Of a DNA stretch of 64,000 nucleotides, positions 37,420-47,712 are shown in pieces; the stretch's first letter is position 1; every line of letters begins with the position of its first letter. A model generated the notes under the pieces. The model searched no databases and was not told the origin of the DNA. It saw nothing but the letters and a program-made list of their open reading frames with translations. Position numbers and translations under genes: made by a program. The stretch covers positions 167,789-231,788 of the IMG/VR virus record IMGVR_UViG_3300028608_000006. One strand, 5' to 3'.

Positions 37420-39435
37420 TTAAGACGCACCTAACGCCCAGAAGCTCTCAAGTACGGAACCTTGACGGTCCATGGTCATGAAAGTACGCGGGTCGTTAAG
37501 AACGTTCTGTTGTTTCTCAAAGATTAACAAACCGCCTCCGCCCCGGCTGGTGATGCAGTTAATGAAACTGGAGAAGTACTTATCCCCAGAACCGTTAGCC
37601 ATTGCGAAGGACAGGTTGTTTGGATCTCTGGCCAGACAGCAATACAGTAGAGCTTCTACGTGCACTGCGTTAATACCTTTGATCTCCTGGTTAATAAGTG
37701 TCCAGAACTCAGACAATACTTCACCAAAGATCTTCGGCGTTACCACTTGGTTCCGCCATGCGGTATTGCGCTTGTTGAAGGTCATGAAGTTTTCCACACG
37801 AGCCCGGTGCATGTCCAAATCCTCACGAGTATAAGGAAGGGCAAACATCGGAGCCAGCGTGTTCCAATCAGACAGGTCGATGGAGATGAAGCGCTTATCC
37901 ACCGTGTTCCAACCTTTATCCAGCACGAAGCGCAGGAAGTCCAAGGAGAAACGAGCATTACGCGACGACACCGACGTGATAGCCGAATGCTGCTGCGTGG
38001 TCTTGCCACCCATCATGATGTCTTCCACTTGGTAGCGGAAGGTAACGTCAGAGAAGTACGGGAGCTTATCCAGCCCAACGTCGTCCAATACATCGAGCGA
38101 CTTCAGGTCAGACAGGTCCTTAACAATCGACGACTTCAGAATCAGCTCGGAACCCGGTACGCAGATCTCAGCCTTCAGGAAGATTTCATCCCCGTTGGTA
38201 TAAATGATATCTTTGTCCCGGACGTGAGGCACAAACTTCCGCGAGGTTGCGTTGCGGATGTAGTGCTTAGTACTGAGCATTTTCTGCCCCATCGGGTTAC
38301 ATAAGGTAGTACCCGAGTACATTCCCACGTTCGCGTCTTTCATCATCATGACGTTAAACGGGATGGTCGACTTCATTTTGCCGTAGCAGCGACCGCACGG
38401 CTGGCCAGGGTTGTGAGAGTTACAGAACGCCATGCTGCGGAAGGTAACGACGTCACCGGTCTTGATCGTGTCGACGTTGCGTTGATCAATCAGAACCGAT
38501 GAACCGTCCGCTAGGATGATGTACTTGCCCATCAAGGACAAAGCCATCTCCATGTTGAGGATCTTCATAGGAACGCCCACAGTCGTCCCACAGTCGTTCA
38601 TGTGCAAGATGCTGTGTAACGGCGCCGACAGCAAGTGAATCTTGCGGTGGAACCACTCAGCGTCCTTCAGACCCTTACCGTTGTTGATCAGCGACTTACC
38701 GGATGAGTTACGTTCACCCAAGGAGTCAGCCAGGTTGGTGATGCCGTGAGCATACGGCACGTTAACCGAGTTCGGGAAGATGGTGTTGTTCAAGTCAAAC
38801 ACCGAACCACGAATGATCGTCGTCTGGAATGCTTGGTTGATACTCACGCCACCTGTCCGCGCCAGCAGTGCCATGGTGTTGGTATTCAGACTCTCGGCTT
38901 CACGCAGATAGTTACTGAACACTTTCTCGCCATCGTCAATGCTGATCTCGTGCGCCAAGATACGGTCACGGATATCCATGATGCCGACGTCTTCCATCAG
39001 CTCGGCCACAGACTCAGCCGTCGCCGAAATTACCGACGCCTCACTCATCACCACAATCATGTTGTTGAGTTTGGTTTGCCAGATGTGGATCAGTCGCTTG
39101 ATACTGTCAGTCTCAACAGGATCATCGATCTCCGGCATAACGCTTTCCAGAATCCAGTTCACCGGAATGGCCAGAGTATCGTCGCTGTACACCACCTCCT
39201 TATGTTCTGGATTCTTGTTGGACGGGACCAGCTCGTCAATCGAGTAAGCCACGTTGTTGTACTTGCGGTGAACGATCAAGCCTTGCCATGTCAGCATCAT
39301 CGCGAACAGGCAGGACATTGTCTTCTTACCTTCGTCGTCCACCACCTCTACTGCTTGGCGGTGACCACGACAACGAAGGATATCCGCTTCAGTGAGGTTG
39401 GCCCATTCACGCAGGCTAATTTGCATCATGCCCAT
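37420..39435 (-). CDS. Non-virion RNA polymerase beta' C-terminal subunit (phiKZ gp74-like)
   Basis: EWFHRKIHLL...NDCGT; zinc site RSMAFC...CGRCYG. Confidence 0.85.
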   Translation of the reverse strand: MGMMQISLREWANLTEADILRCRGHRQAVEVVDDEGKKTMSCLFAMMLTWQGLIVHRKYNNVAYSIDELVPSNKNPEHKEVVYSDDTLAIPVNWILESVMPEIDDPVETDSIKRLIHIWQTKLNNMIVVMSEASVISATAESVAELMEDVGIMDIRDRILAHEISIDDGEKVFSNYLREAESLNTNTMALLARTGGVSINQAFQTTIIRGSVFDLNNTIFPNSVNVPYAHGITNLADSLGERNSSGKSLINNGKGLKDAEWFHRKIHLLSAPLHSILHMNDCGTTVGVPMKILNMEMALSLMGKYIILADGSSVLIDQRNVDTIKTGDVVTFRSMAFCNSHNPGQPCGRCYGKMKSTIPFNVMMMKDANVGMYSGTTLCNPMGQKMLSTKHYIRNATSRKFVPHVRDKDIIYTNGDEIFLKAEICVPGSELILKSSIVKDLSDLKSLDVLDDVGLDKLPYFSDVTFRYQVEDIMMGGKTTQQHSAITSVSSRNARFSLDFLRFVLDKGWNTVDKRFISIDLSDWNTLAPMFALPYTREDLDMHRARVENFMTFNKRNTAWRNQVVTPKIFGEVLSEFWTLINQEIKGINAVHVEALLYCCLARDPNNLSFAMANGSGDKYFSSFINCITSRGGGGLLIFEKQQNVLNDPRTFMTMDRQGSVLESFWALGAS

Positions 39436-41780
39436 TACAAGCCCCCGTAAATATTGTCAGTACCGCCGGTAACCCCGGTCATGTGCAGGTCTTCACCGAA
39501 TGCTACCGGATTAGGCAAGCGCTTACCCGAGTAACGTGGTTCGGCAGGTGGAGCTGGTTCCGGTTCAGGCTTATTAAGACCGCTCTCAGCCAACTCGAGT
39601 GCCACGCCGCTCAACTGGCTCATATCGAGCAGGTTGTTGATTGGCTCCATGGTTCGGTCAGTCGGGAGTTCATGACGGATGGTGTAACCCGAGTCAGACA
39701 ACATACTTGCAGCCATCTTCACGGCCCGGTTGTTCTGATACTCGTCTGGCTTCACAATCTGATCGATGTTAAACGGATCGTCTGCCCGGATAATACGGCG
39801 CACCATCACTTTACGCAGATCCGGTGAATACGCCATGGCCAATTGCTTAGCCGTTTCCTGACCACCGTGTTGGCTGGTGCGCAGACGACCTTCCGTTTCA
39901 CCCGTGTTACGGTTGCCCTGATCTCGCAGCCAGCTGGAGTACTTGCTGCTGTCGTTCAGTTTAGCCGGCATACCGAACAGGTTGGACTTAGGCAATGCCT
40001 GAGCCGACATATCCGTACCGAACTTATCCAGCATCATGAAGTGCTGGTTACTGATCAGGATTGGGTTCACGGTCTCCACGTACTCACCCAGCGAGTTCAT
40101 GAAGGTTGCCTTCTGCGGTTTGAAGGGATACTTCGCGCGCAGGGCGTTGATGATCGCCACACCATACAACCGGGTGTTACTGCGAACATGGATAGAGATC
40201 ATCTTGTCGCAGCAGTGGTCGACGTAATCCTTAATGTCGTCCGCATTGGTGTAGGTCGCCCGAACGATCTCACCGAACTCCGGGAACCCAGTTTCGCAGA
40301 ACTCGAGGATCATTGCGTAAGCTTCAGCGTACTGACCCAGGTTACGAAGCAACCGCGCTTCTTTCTGGATGTTAACGTTGATGTAGTTGATACTGAGCTC
40401 CATCAACATCGAGTAGATCTGACGACGGAACGCTGGCGTGTTGTTGATGATGACTTCCGCACGAGTACCGTCCGCATAGGTCGGCGCCATGTGGTCCTCG
40501 ATGATGCTCACCGCAACACCTTTGTCGCCGTTCAACCCTGCGAACTTGAACTTGATCTTGCCAGGCACGATTTCGCGCAGCAGGATATTAATGTTCCAGT
40601 CCTTCAACTTGACCCGCTTGATCCCCCGGCTGAGTGGGTTGATCTTGCCAGTGTTGGTATTACGGGTGTAGTTGCCGTATGCCGAGTTAATGAAGGTATC
40701 CAGTTCCAGCGTGATCGGGATGTCATTACCACGGTTGTTCGCGATACGACGTTCGTACCAACGAATCACGTTGTTGTGCATCTCGTTCTGCTTCTTCTCA
40801 TAACGCTCGAGAAGAATGTTGTGTGGCTGCTCGATGTAATCCGTACCGCGATTGTTAGCGCGGTTCTTCATGCGGTCACTCAACACTTCGACCGACATTA
40901 CTTCCGAGTTGATCGGAGCGTAAAACAGTTGATCGTAGGTCAGGTCCGGGATACGCAAAGCTTTACGTGTCAACGACACCAAGGAGTTCTCGGTGATGCG
41001 ACGACGGAAGCCCATGACGATGCCGTCTTCACGAATGCGCTGACCCGATTGTGGGAACGGGCAGTCATTACCTTGTGCATCTTTGTAAAGCATCAACGGA
41101 ACGAATTCTTCCTCGTTCCACTGGAAACCACGTTCGTGCTTGAACATGCACTTCAAACGTTCTTCAGCGTACGATCGAGTCAGCTGAATTGCATCCTCCT
41201 CGGTAACGTGGCTGGAGATCGCTGCAACGCGGGTGTTCATGCCGAAGCACCATTCGCCGCTTTCGCTGATCCGTGGGGACTTGGCGAAGACCGTGCCTTT
41301 CGGGAAGGTGGCCAGTGGCGACATCAGCTTGCGCATCACGTCTTTGTCGTAGACAAACTCGAACCCCACATATGTGTTCTGTGTGTTGTACCGGGGGAGT
41401 TCAAGAATGTCGTACATGTTCTTTTCGTCATTCTTATAAATGACGTACACTTTGTTCCAGGCGTCAGTCATCTCACGCGGGTCTTGGCTCCCCACGAAGA
41501 ACACTTCTTCCACTTGCATGTTGGCTGGCGCTACAATCTGGCGAGCAGTTTGAGCGTAACCTTGTTTCCACTCAAAGCCAGTCACCATCATGCGCTCATC
41601 GGCACCCGAGGTAACTACCGACTTCGGAATCATGTTGCCGGCCATGTACAGACGACCAGCAGAAGCCGACCACGGGAACAGAATCAGGTTGTTACTGACA
41701 CCCACCAGCGCAGGATGGATTTGGTTCGGTCCGCAGATGTATTTATATTTAACATCTTGCTGAGTCTCGTTGTCACTCAT
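39435..41780 (-). CDS. Non-virion RNA polymerase beta C-terminal subunit (phiKZ gp71-73-like)
   Basis: KFAGLNGDKG (GDK...KG motif), EVIINNTPAFRR, MMLDK, DQGNRNTGETE; uninterrupted 781 aa. Confidence 0.85.
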   Translation of the reverse strand: MSDNETQQDVKYKYICGPNQIHPALVGVSNNLILFPWSASAGRLYMAGNMIPKSVVTSGADERMMVTGFEWKQGYAQTARQIVAPANMQVEEVFFVGSQDPREMTDAWNKVYVIYKNDEKNMYDILELPRYNTQNTYVGFEFVYDKDVMRKLMSPLATFPKGTVFAKSPRISESGEWCFGMNTRVAAISSHVTEEDAIQLTRSYAEERLKCMFKHERGFQWNEEEFVPLMLYKDAQGNDCPFPQSGQRIREDGIVMGFRRRITENSLVSLTRKALRIPDLTYDQLFYAPINSEVMSVEVLSDRMKNRANNRGTDYIEQPHNILLERYEKKQNEMHNNVIRWYERRIANNRGNDIPITLELDTFINSAYGNYTRNTNTGKINPLSRGIKRVKLKDWNINILLREIVPGKIKFKFAGLNGDKGVAVSIIEDHMAPTYADGTRAEVIINNTPAFRRQIYSMLMELSINYINVNIQKEARLLRNLGQYAEAYAMILEFCETGFPEFGEIVRATYTNADDIKDYVDHCCDKMISIHVRSNTRLYGVAIINALRAKYPFKPQKATFMNSLGEYVETVNPILISNQHFMMLDKFGTDMSAQALPKSNLFGMPAKLNDSSKYSSWLRDQGNRNTGETEGRLRTSQHGGQETAKQLAMAYSPDLRKVMVRRIIRADDPFNIDQIVKPDEYQNNRAVKMAASMLSDSGYTIRHELPTDRTMEPINNLLDMSQLSGVALELAESGLNKPEPEPAPPAEPRYSGKRLPNPVAFGEDLHMTGVTGGTDNIYGGL

Positions 41781-41837
41781 TACAATCTCCTACCCACAAA
41801 TGCTCTGTTACAAAAAGAAATTGTTACCATATCTAAA

Positions 41838-41850
41838 CTAATGATATAGG
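41838..41850 (-). promoter_or_regulatory. Early (vRNAP) promoter-like motif
   Basis: Minus strand CCTATATCATTAG, 58 nt upstream of the RNAP beta start. Confidence 0.6.
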
Positions 41851-41887
41851 TTTAAAATCGGTTAACCCCATCTTTGCAGGTAGCTTT

Positions 41888-42217
41888 ATGCCAATTCCCA
41901 ATAACGAAATCAATGCCGACAAGGATGTGTTCTTTACTGAACGCTTTAAGACCCTTGTCCGGTCTGAAAAGGAGTTGTTGAAACGCACAGCTCACCAGAA
42001 GCCCATCATTGAAAAGAACGTGTTGTACGCCTACCGTAACGACATCTACCGTCTGCTGCGGCATTTCGAGATCCCGTCGTATATGTGGTGGGCAACAGCT
42101 TACATCAACGGTGTTGAAAACCCCACACAGGACATCACCCATCTGGAATACATCCTCATGATGGATGAGAGCATTCTTGCTTCGGCAATCTCCCGCAGTA
42201 ATACGGTTCAGGGATAA
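41888..42217 (+). CDS. Small LysM-like baseplate protein (T4 gp53/P2 gpX-like)
   Basis: YRLL...MWWATAYINGVENP resembles the lWW-Ia-xN-I-xP pattern; inference. Confidence 0.45.
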   Translation: MPIPNNEINADKDVFFTERFKTLVRSEKELLKRTAHQKPIIEKNVLYAYRNDIYRLLRHFEIPSYMWWATAYINGVENPTQDITHLEYILMMDESILASAISRSNTVQG

Positions 42218-42241
42218 AAAATAAATGAGTGCGAAGAAATG

Positions 42242-42266
42242 GGTAGGGGAGCACTGCTCCCCTACC
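42242..42266 (-). terminator. Intrinsic terminator-like hairpin
   Basis: ggtaggggagc / gctcccctacc stem. Confidence 0.7.
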
Positions 42267-42286
42267 TATGACTTATAGCCGCTTAC

Positions 42287-43738
42287 TTACCAGGATGCTG
42301 GACCAGCGCCGCCACCGTTGTCCGGGTAGACGCTAGGTGCGATGCCGCCGGCGGTGATTGGCTGGTTCATCATTGCCATCATCGGGTTCTGCATCATCAT
42401 CGGATTCATCATCATCATGGGGTTCATGTTCATCATGTTCTGACCCCCCATCATGTTGTTCATCAGAGCCTGGTTCTGCATTTGCATTGGGTTCAGCTCA
42501 ACGCGTTGCAGGAAGTTACCACGACGGGTGCAGTGGTACATCACAGGACCGCCGGTCATGCCGTTTACCGCATGGTGCAGCACACGACCCAGGTTCTGGT
42601 CGATCTCGGTACGAACATAACGATCGCCCGCTTGCATTGGTGGAGGAGTGAGGTCGTAATCACCTACCATCATGCTTTGGTTGTTGTTACCCTGGTTGTT
42701 GTTTTGCTGTTGATTGGTTTGTTGCATCTGCTGACCACCTTGATTGGTGGACGAGGAGACAGACAACAGGCCAGCCATGTCATTGCGACCCATGGCTTGG
42801 TTGCTGGTTTCTTCCATTGTGTTGTGGCTGTTGTAGTCCATGATCGGGACCTGACGATAAGTTTCTGGCAATTCCTCCAGATACTCATTCCAGTTCATGT
42901 CGATCATGTACACGCCGGCCTTGTCGAAGTCGCCGCGGAAGGTATTTTGTACCTTGTTCAGTTGATCCGCGATTTCGCTGTAGCAGCCCAGGTACGAGAT
43001 CAAACGTGCAGCCACCGGAGTGGTCGACTCGAACTCGTAGTCACCCGGGTTGTTGACCGCCGGCAGGATGGACTGGAACAGATGACGCGCCAGCTTGAGA
43101 GCAGCAATCGACACGCTGTGGTTGTTGAGCTCCACAGTTTGGTTGTCGCTGATGCCTTCCGAGCGAGCCAGGCGTTTAACGATCTCGTTGTAGAACGGGA
43201 ACGAAGGACGAGTCTTGTAGTAGACACGTTCGCCAGTGGCTTTGCTGCGACCGCCGCCTTTGGTCACGGTGAAGTGAATGAAGCGGTTGTCGAGGCCGTC
43301 TTCTTCCAGCTCGATGTGCATACGGGCGAACAGTTGGTTCAGTTCGTCACGCACAGAACGCTTGGCTTCTTTCAGGGGCTCCATCATGTCGATGATGTCC
43401 TGACGCCATGCTTTCTTTGGACGCGCCGCCGAAGCAATGCTGAACAGCACGATCGGGTACGCACGGAAGACCGACAGCAGTTTCATGCAGGTCATCTTGC
43501 GGATGATCTTGAAGACCTCAGTCTCCTTGCTGGTGATGTTCTCGCAGGCTGGGTGGAAGAACACCTTGTTGACCACGTTGCCGTCGAGGATGTTGCTCAG
43601 TGGCAGGTACATGTCCATCTCGTCAATACGGATGGGGAACTCTTCGCCGTTGATCACGAACATGATGCGACCGTCGTCCTTGACAGCGCAGTTCCAGGAT
43701 TTCAACATTGCAGCGTACAGCTTGTTCAATTCGTTCAT
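42287..43738 (-). CDS. Conserved nucleus-module protein (phiKZ gp70-like position) with Q/N/M-rich tail
   Basis: Lies between the PicA-like gene and RNAP beta; low-complexity C-terminus. Confidence 0.6.
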   Translation of the reverse strand: MNELNKLYAAMLKSWNCAVKDDGRIMFVINGEEFPIRIDEMDMYLPLSNILDGNVVNKVFFHPACENITSKETEVFKIIRKMTCMKLLSVFRAYPIVLFSIASAARPKKAWRQDIIDMMEPLKEAKRSVRDELNQLFARMHIELEEDGLDNRFIHFTVTKGGGRSKATGERVYYKTRPSFPFYNEIVKRLARSEGISDNQTVELNNHSVSIAALKLARHLFQSILPAVNNPGDYEFESTTPVAARLISYLGCYSEIADQLNKVQNTFRGDFDKAGVYMIDMNWNEYLEELPETYRQVPIMDYNSHNTMEETSNQAMGRNDMAGLLSVSSSTNQGGQQMQQTNQQQNNNQGNNNQSMMVGDYDLTPPPMQAGDRYVRTEIDQNLGRVLHHAVNGMTGGPVMYHCTRRGNFLQRVELNPMQMQNQALMNNMMGGQNMMNMNPMMMMNPMMMQNPMMAMMNQPITAGGIAPSVYPDNGGGAGPASW

Positions 43739-43755
43739 GAGTCGTTAACTCCTTA

Positions 43756-45195
43756 TCAGTAGCCGAAGTGTTCTTTGATGTTGGTGAGGTAGTTCTTCGC
43801 CGAACTCAGACCCACGTCATTACCAGCAATGTTGGTGCTGGTGCGGTTGATGCAGTACGTGGCGTTGGTGAACTGCTTGGTCAAAGCCAACTCACCGTTG
43901 AAGGCGATTGCCACCGTGGTCTCACCGAACATGTAGGAGTCAACTTCCACGTTCATGATGGTTTTCTGGTGGGCGTAAACCGAAGTGTACTTCTGGAAGA
44001 AGTGAGACTTCAGCAGTTCCTTGAATTTCTCCACGCGGTTGATCACGTAGTCATCGTGGTTGAGTACCGACATGGCCTCACCCGGAATGATTACGACGCC
44101 GTCTTCGTCACCGGCCATCCCGTTGAAATCCATCGGGTTGTTGGTGGCGCTGAAGTGGAAACTGGCCAGACCGCTTTGCAGCAACAGGTGAACCGTCAGG
44201 AACGCCAGCTCGGACGCCATCAGTTCGTGCGGGTTAGCACTGCCGTAAGCGGTGCTGGTGGCCAGCGTGTTGTCAGCCGCGAAGTTGCTCGACTGCAACA
44301 TGTTCAGGTTGAGTACGTCAGGGAAGTTGTTGAAGACCGTGTGGATCTCGCCAATCGAGAAACCCTGGAACCCCATCATGCTGTAGCCACCGGTGTTGAA
44401 CATCATGGTGGCGAAGAATGGGTTCTCGGTTACACCGATCTCGCCCAGACCCTGACTGCTCAGGTTATCAGCGATACCCATTTCCAAACCACCGAACTCG
44501 GCTTCTGTACCGGCGTTAGTCGCCAGACGCAGCAGCTCACGGGTGTGGTGAGTTGGGTTCAGGTTCTGGGTCTTCGAGACCACCATGGTCGTCTTGAGGT
44601 CAGTACCCACAGTGCCGTCGTAACGATCAGCACGACCTTCGTTCTCGCAAGCCAGGAAGCCCAGTGCTTCGTTGCCCACATCGATCGGACGCAGAGAGCG
44701 CAGGTTCTTGATCTGGTTAGGATCACCCATCAGGAATTGGTGGGAGGATTCCACAACCGTTTTGGTCATTGGGAAGCCGGAACTGTCTGCCACGTTCTGG
44801 GTCAGTGTATTCCACGCACGGACTGGAACGAATGTGACATCATTACTGATACCTTCGACCGACGCGGTACCGCCCACCAAGTAACCCACAACCGACAGCT
44901 CTTGTTGCACCAAAGCATTCGACTGCACCATGAAGCGCAGCATACCGATACCCCGGCGAACGTTCCAGCCGTCTTCTACTGTTACCATGCCCTGAGGCTG
45001 AGGCGACAGACCACCGGACATGGCGGCAACGTTGTTCAGTGTCGTTGCGGTAATGCCGCCTTGGTGTTGTTCCATCATCAGCTTGTCGAGTGCCATGCTG
45101 TCGATGTTCATGGTGTTGTGGCGGTGTACGTGATCGTGGTTCTGGTTACCCATGCCGAAGACTGCTTGGGTAAGGGTAATCGTTTGTTCGCTCAT
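43756..45195 (-). CDS. picA: Phage-nucleus protein importer PicA/Imp1 (phiKZ gp69-like)
   Basis: 479 aa directly downstream of the sigma-like subunit; assigned mainly by synteny and size. Confidence 0.6.
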   Translation of the reverse strand: MSEQTITLTQAVFGMGNQNHDHVHRHNTMNIDSMALDKLMMEQHQGGITATTLNNVAAMSGGLSPQPQGMVTVEDGWNVRRGIGMLRFMVQSNALVQQELSVVGYLVGGTASVEGISNDVTFVPVRAWNTLTQNVADSSGFPMTKTVVESSHQFLMGDPNQIKNLRSLRPIDVGNEALGFLACENEGRADRYDGTVGTDLKTTMVVSKTQNLNPTHHTRELLRLATNAGTEAEFGGLEMGIADNLSSQGLGEIGVTENPFFATMMFNTGGYSMMGFQGFSIGEIHTVFNNFPDVLNLNMLQSSNFAADNTLATSTAYGSANPHELMASELAFLTVHLLLQSGLASFHFSATNNPMDFNGMAGDEDGVVIIPGEAMSVLNHDDYVINRVEKFKELLKSHFFQKYTSVYAHQKTIMNVEVDSYMFGETTVAIAFNGELALTKQFTNATYCINRTSTNIAGNDVGLSSAKNYLTNIKEHFGY

Positions 45196-45219
45196 TGGAT
45201 GCCTCTGGTTACAAGGTTA

Positions 45220-46776
45220 TTAAGAGTTGTTGTGGCGGATCAGTGCGATGAGCTCGTTCTTGATTTCGACTTCAATCTCCATCGGGAACATAGCTCCTTT
45301 TGCGACGCGGTTGTAAATGTCCGGATCGTCCAGTACCCCATACTCGAGGTTGGAGGTCCAGATACCGTTCCCCAGTTTCTCCAGGAAATCGGTGGCAGAC
45401 ACGATGGCTTCGTTAAACGAGCGCCCTTCATTGTTGCGGGACTGAATGTCACAGATCGACGTGAGGAACTCTTTGTCTTCTGTGTTCAGTTTCAGTCCTT
45501 CCGACAAGCTTCGCAGACCGTCCGGGTTATGGATCGCACCCAGAACAGACGGCAGGTACTTAAAGCCGAGCTCAGCCAACCGAACTTGCCCCAGTGCAAT
45601 CGCGGCCATCAGCTGAGTGTAGTTGAAAGTCCAGAACACCATCGGAGAAACTTCGAAAGCGTAAGTGAGCTGCAATACCTTAAGAATATGGTCGTGCAGT
45701 TCAAAATCCCAGTTTGGAGGTAGGCGGTCATAGACAGCTTCCACCAACTCTACCTGTTTAATGCCTAGGCCCATGCACTGGAACTTGAAGCGATCTTTCA
45801 CACGCTCCTTGTCAGTCTCATCGAACAGGCCAAAGGTAAAGTACTCGGCTTGCTTTTCTTCGTTGGCTGTCTTGGTAGACTCTGCAACTTGATAGCGTTC
45901 ATAGATCGAGCGCTTATCGTCGTCGTCGCCTTCGGAGAAGTCTTTCTTGTTCAGCTTGCTGCCGCTGGTCTCGTGTTGCTTAACCGAGGCGTTGATTGCG
46001 GTGGCCAGGTTCTTGCCGTCTTCCGTTTCCGGGATGACCGCGCAGCACAGGCGGCTGAAGATGGTGTTGTACAGAACCTTCTCGGTAAAGTACTCGTTAC
46101 TGGCAACCGCGTCGACCTGAGACGGGATACCACGTTTGTTGAAGGCAAACTGCACGTAAGTGTACAGCTTGTGCCAGCCCGGCATTTGGTTGATGCGTGG
46201 GTTGTTCTTGATCAACTCGCCGCACACCAGTTCACTGTGACCTGTACCCATGGTCATGTCAAAGCGACTGAGCAGGGAGAAGATGATCGGGAACGCTGCA
46301 CGGCACACAAATGCAAACTTGACCATCTCAACGTAGTCAACGTCGGTGATGGTGGTTTCTGCTGGGTAGTCACCTTTGCTGGCGGCCACACTCAGGTCCG
46401 GCGGGATGGCCAGATGTCGCGAGTACTGAATGAACGCACAGTACTTTGGAATATCGATGAACTCGAACAGGTTGTTAACGATTGGCAGCACTCGAGAGAT
46501 TTCGATGTTGTAGTCAAGAAATTTACCACTCTCAACGATTGCATGTGCCTTCTCGAACAACTTGAACAGTTCGATTTTCTTTTCCGTGGAGAATGTCGCT
46601 TCCACGTATTCATTGAAGCAGTCGAACAGGTTGGTTTCTTTGTCGTCTTTTTCCTTCAATACCTTTTCCAACCGGACGGTGGCTTTACCGTTGAAGCGGA
46701 GGGTCTTATCGTTGAGCGTCACGATAATAGCTTCTATCGTCTTCTTACTGCTCCGGCGGACCTCAACATTAAACAT
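45220..46776 (-). CDS. nvRNAP promoter-specificity (sigma-like) subunit (phiKZ gp68-like)
   Basis: 518-aa helical ORF in the conserved position; synteny and size. Confidence 0.65.
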   Translation of the reverse strand: MFNVEVRRSSKKTIEAIIVTLNDKTLRFNGKATVRLEKVLKEKDDKETNLFDCFNEYVEATFSTEKKIELFKLFEKAHAIVESGKFLDYNIEISRVLPIVNNLFEFIDIPKYCAFIQYSRHLAIPPDLSVAASKGDYPAETTITDVDYVEMVKFAFVCRAAFPIIFSLLSRFDMTMGTGHSELVCGELIKNNPRINQMPGWHKLYTYVQFAFNKRGIPSQVDAVASNEYFTEKVLYNTIFSRLCCAVIPETEDGKNLATAINASVKQHETSGSKLNKKDFSEGDDDDKRSIYERYQVAESTKTANEEKQAEYFTFGLFDETDKERVKDRFKFQCMGLGIKQVELVEAVYDRLPPNWDFELHDHILKVLQLTYAFEVSPMVFWTFNYTQLMAAIALGQVRLAELGFKYLPSVLGAIHNPDGLRSLSEGLKLNTEDKEFLTSICDIQSRNNEGRSFNEAIVSATDFLEKLGNGIWTSNLEYGVLDDPDIYNRVAKGAMFPMEIEVEIKNELIALIRHNNS

Positions 46777-46810
46777 GGGAATACTCCAGATGGAAAATTA
46801 CTATTATTGC

Positions 46811-46838
46811 TTTACCTACTAATAATGTAGGCTCAAAA
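46811..46838 (-). promoter_or_regulatory. Early promoter-like motif
   Basis: tttacctactaataatgtaggctcaaaa, nearly identical to 55548-55575. Confidence 0.7.
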
Positions 46839-46866
46839 ATATCCAACGAGCCATAAGTCCGTTAAT

Positions 46867-46893
46867 CGAACGCAGGGGAATCCCCTGCGTTCG
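46867..46893 (-). terminator. Intrinsic terminator-like hairpin
   Basis: Perfect 12-bp stem cgaacgcagggg / cccctgcgttcg. Confidence 0.75.
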
Positions 46894-46910
46894 TTATTAA
46901 AGGCTATGCC

Positions 46911-47648
46911 TTAGAAGTCGACATCTTCGTCGAACGAATTACCGCCGCTATCGAAGTCGTTACCGCCACCCGAGTTACCGCCGCCACCGCCATTGCCACC
47001 ACGGTTACCGCCAGCCGCCGGAGCGCCATCTTTAGGCTTGGCCGGTTCCCAGCTGGTGGTGTCCATGTTGTCGAGGATCGGACGGTGGAAGTTGACCCAG
47101 GCACGAACAGCCCAACGCGACATCACGCCTTCGTCGATGTAACGCTCGCCAGCATCGTTCTTCATGTAGACGACGGTGTCTTTCGGACCCTTGAACTTGA
47201 ACTGGACTTTGTAGTCGCCCTTGCTGTAGCCCAAGGTGATGCAACCGTCTTTGTCGCGGGTGATGGTCAGGAACACTTGCAGGACTGGCTGGTCGGACAT
47301 GCGACCGCTACCGCCGGCGAATACGAACTGCTTCCACTGCACCGCGATCTGGCGGGTCTTGAAGTCCGGGTTAGTGGTCGCTTCAATCAGTGCATCGAAC
47401 AACACGCCACGGTGCATGTAGTCCATTTCCACTTCTTTGTGGTTGGTCTTAGCGCCTTCTTTATAGACACCGTCGTTGACCTTGAGCATCAGCTTGCCGT
47501 TGTTGGCTTGCTCCCACATCAACTGTGCAGGATACTTCGCACCGGCAACCGGCTCGATGGAAGTTGGGTGCGGCTGACGGTAGTCGTTCAGCAGGATTTT
47601 CTTACGAGGTGTGAAGGCAGGGCGTTGACCGTTGTTGTTACCATTCAT
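46911..47648 (-). CDS. chmC: ChmC-like nucleic-acid-binding nucleus-associated protein (phiKZ gp67-like)
   Basis: Beta-rich core with a Gly/Asn-rich RGG tail ending FDEDVDF; directly upstream of the gp68-like gene. Confidence 0.55.
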   Translation of the reverse strand: MNGNNNGQRPAFTPRKKILLNDYRQPHPTSIEPVAGAKYPAQLMWEQANNGKLMLKVNDGVYKEGAKTNHKEVEMDYMHRGVLFDALIEATTNPDFKTRQIAVQWKQFVFAGGSGRMSDQPVLQVFLTITRDKDGCITLGYSKGDYKVQFKFKGPKDTVVYMKNDAGERYIDEGVMSRWAVRAWVNFHRPILDNMDTTSWEPAKPKDGAPAAGGNRGGNGGGGGNSGGGNDFDSGGNSFDEDVDF

Positions 47649-47712
47649 GATTGATGACCTTGGATAAGGAAATGAAGAAGTTTTTGTCTATATACATTGG
47701 GTTGCGGTGAGA

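Noticed and set aside
42370-42460. CAT trinucleotide runs as a microsatellite or repeat array
   Set aside because: Explained by poly-Met coding; no spacer structure.
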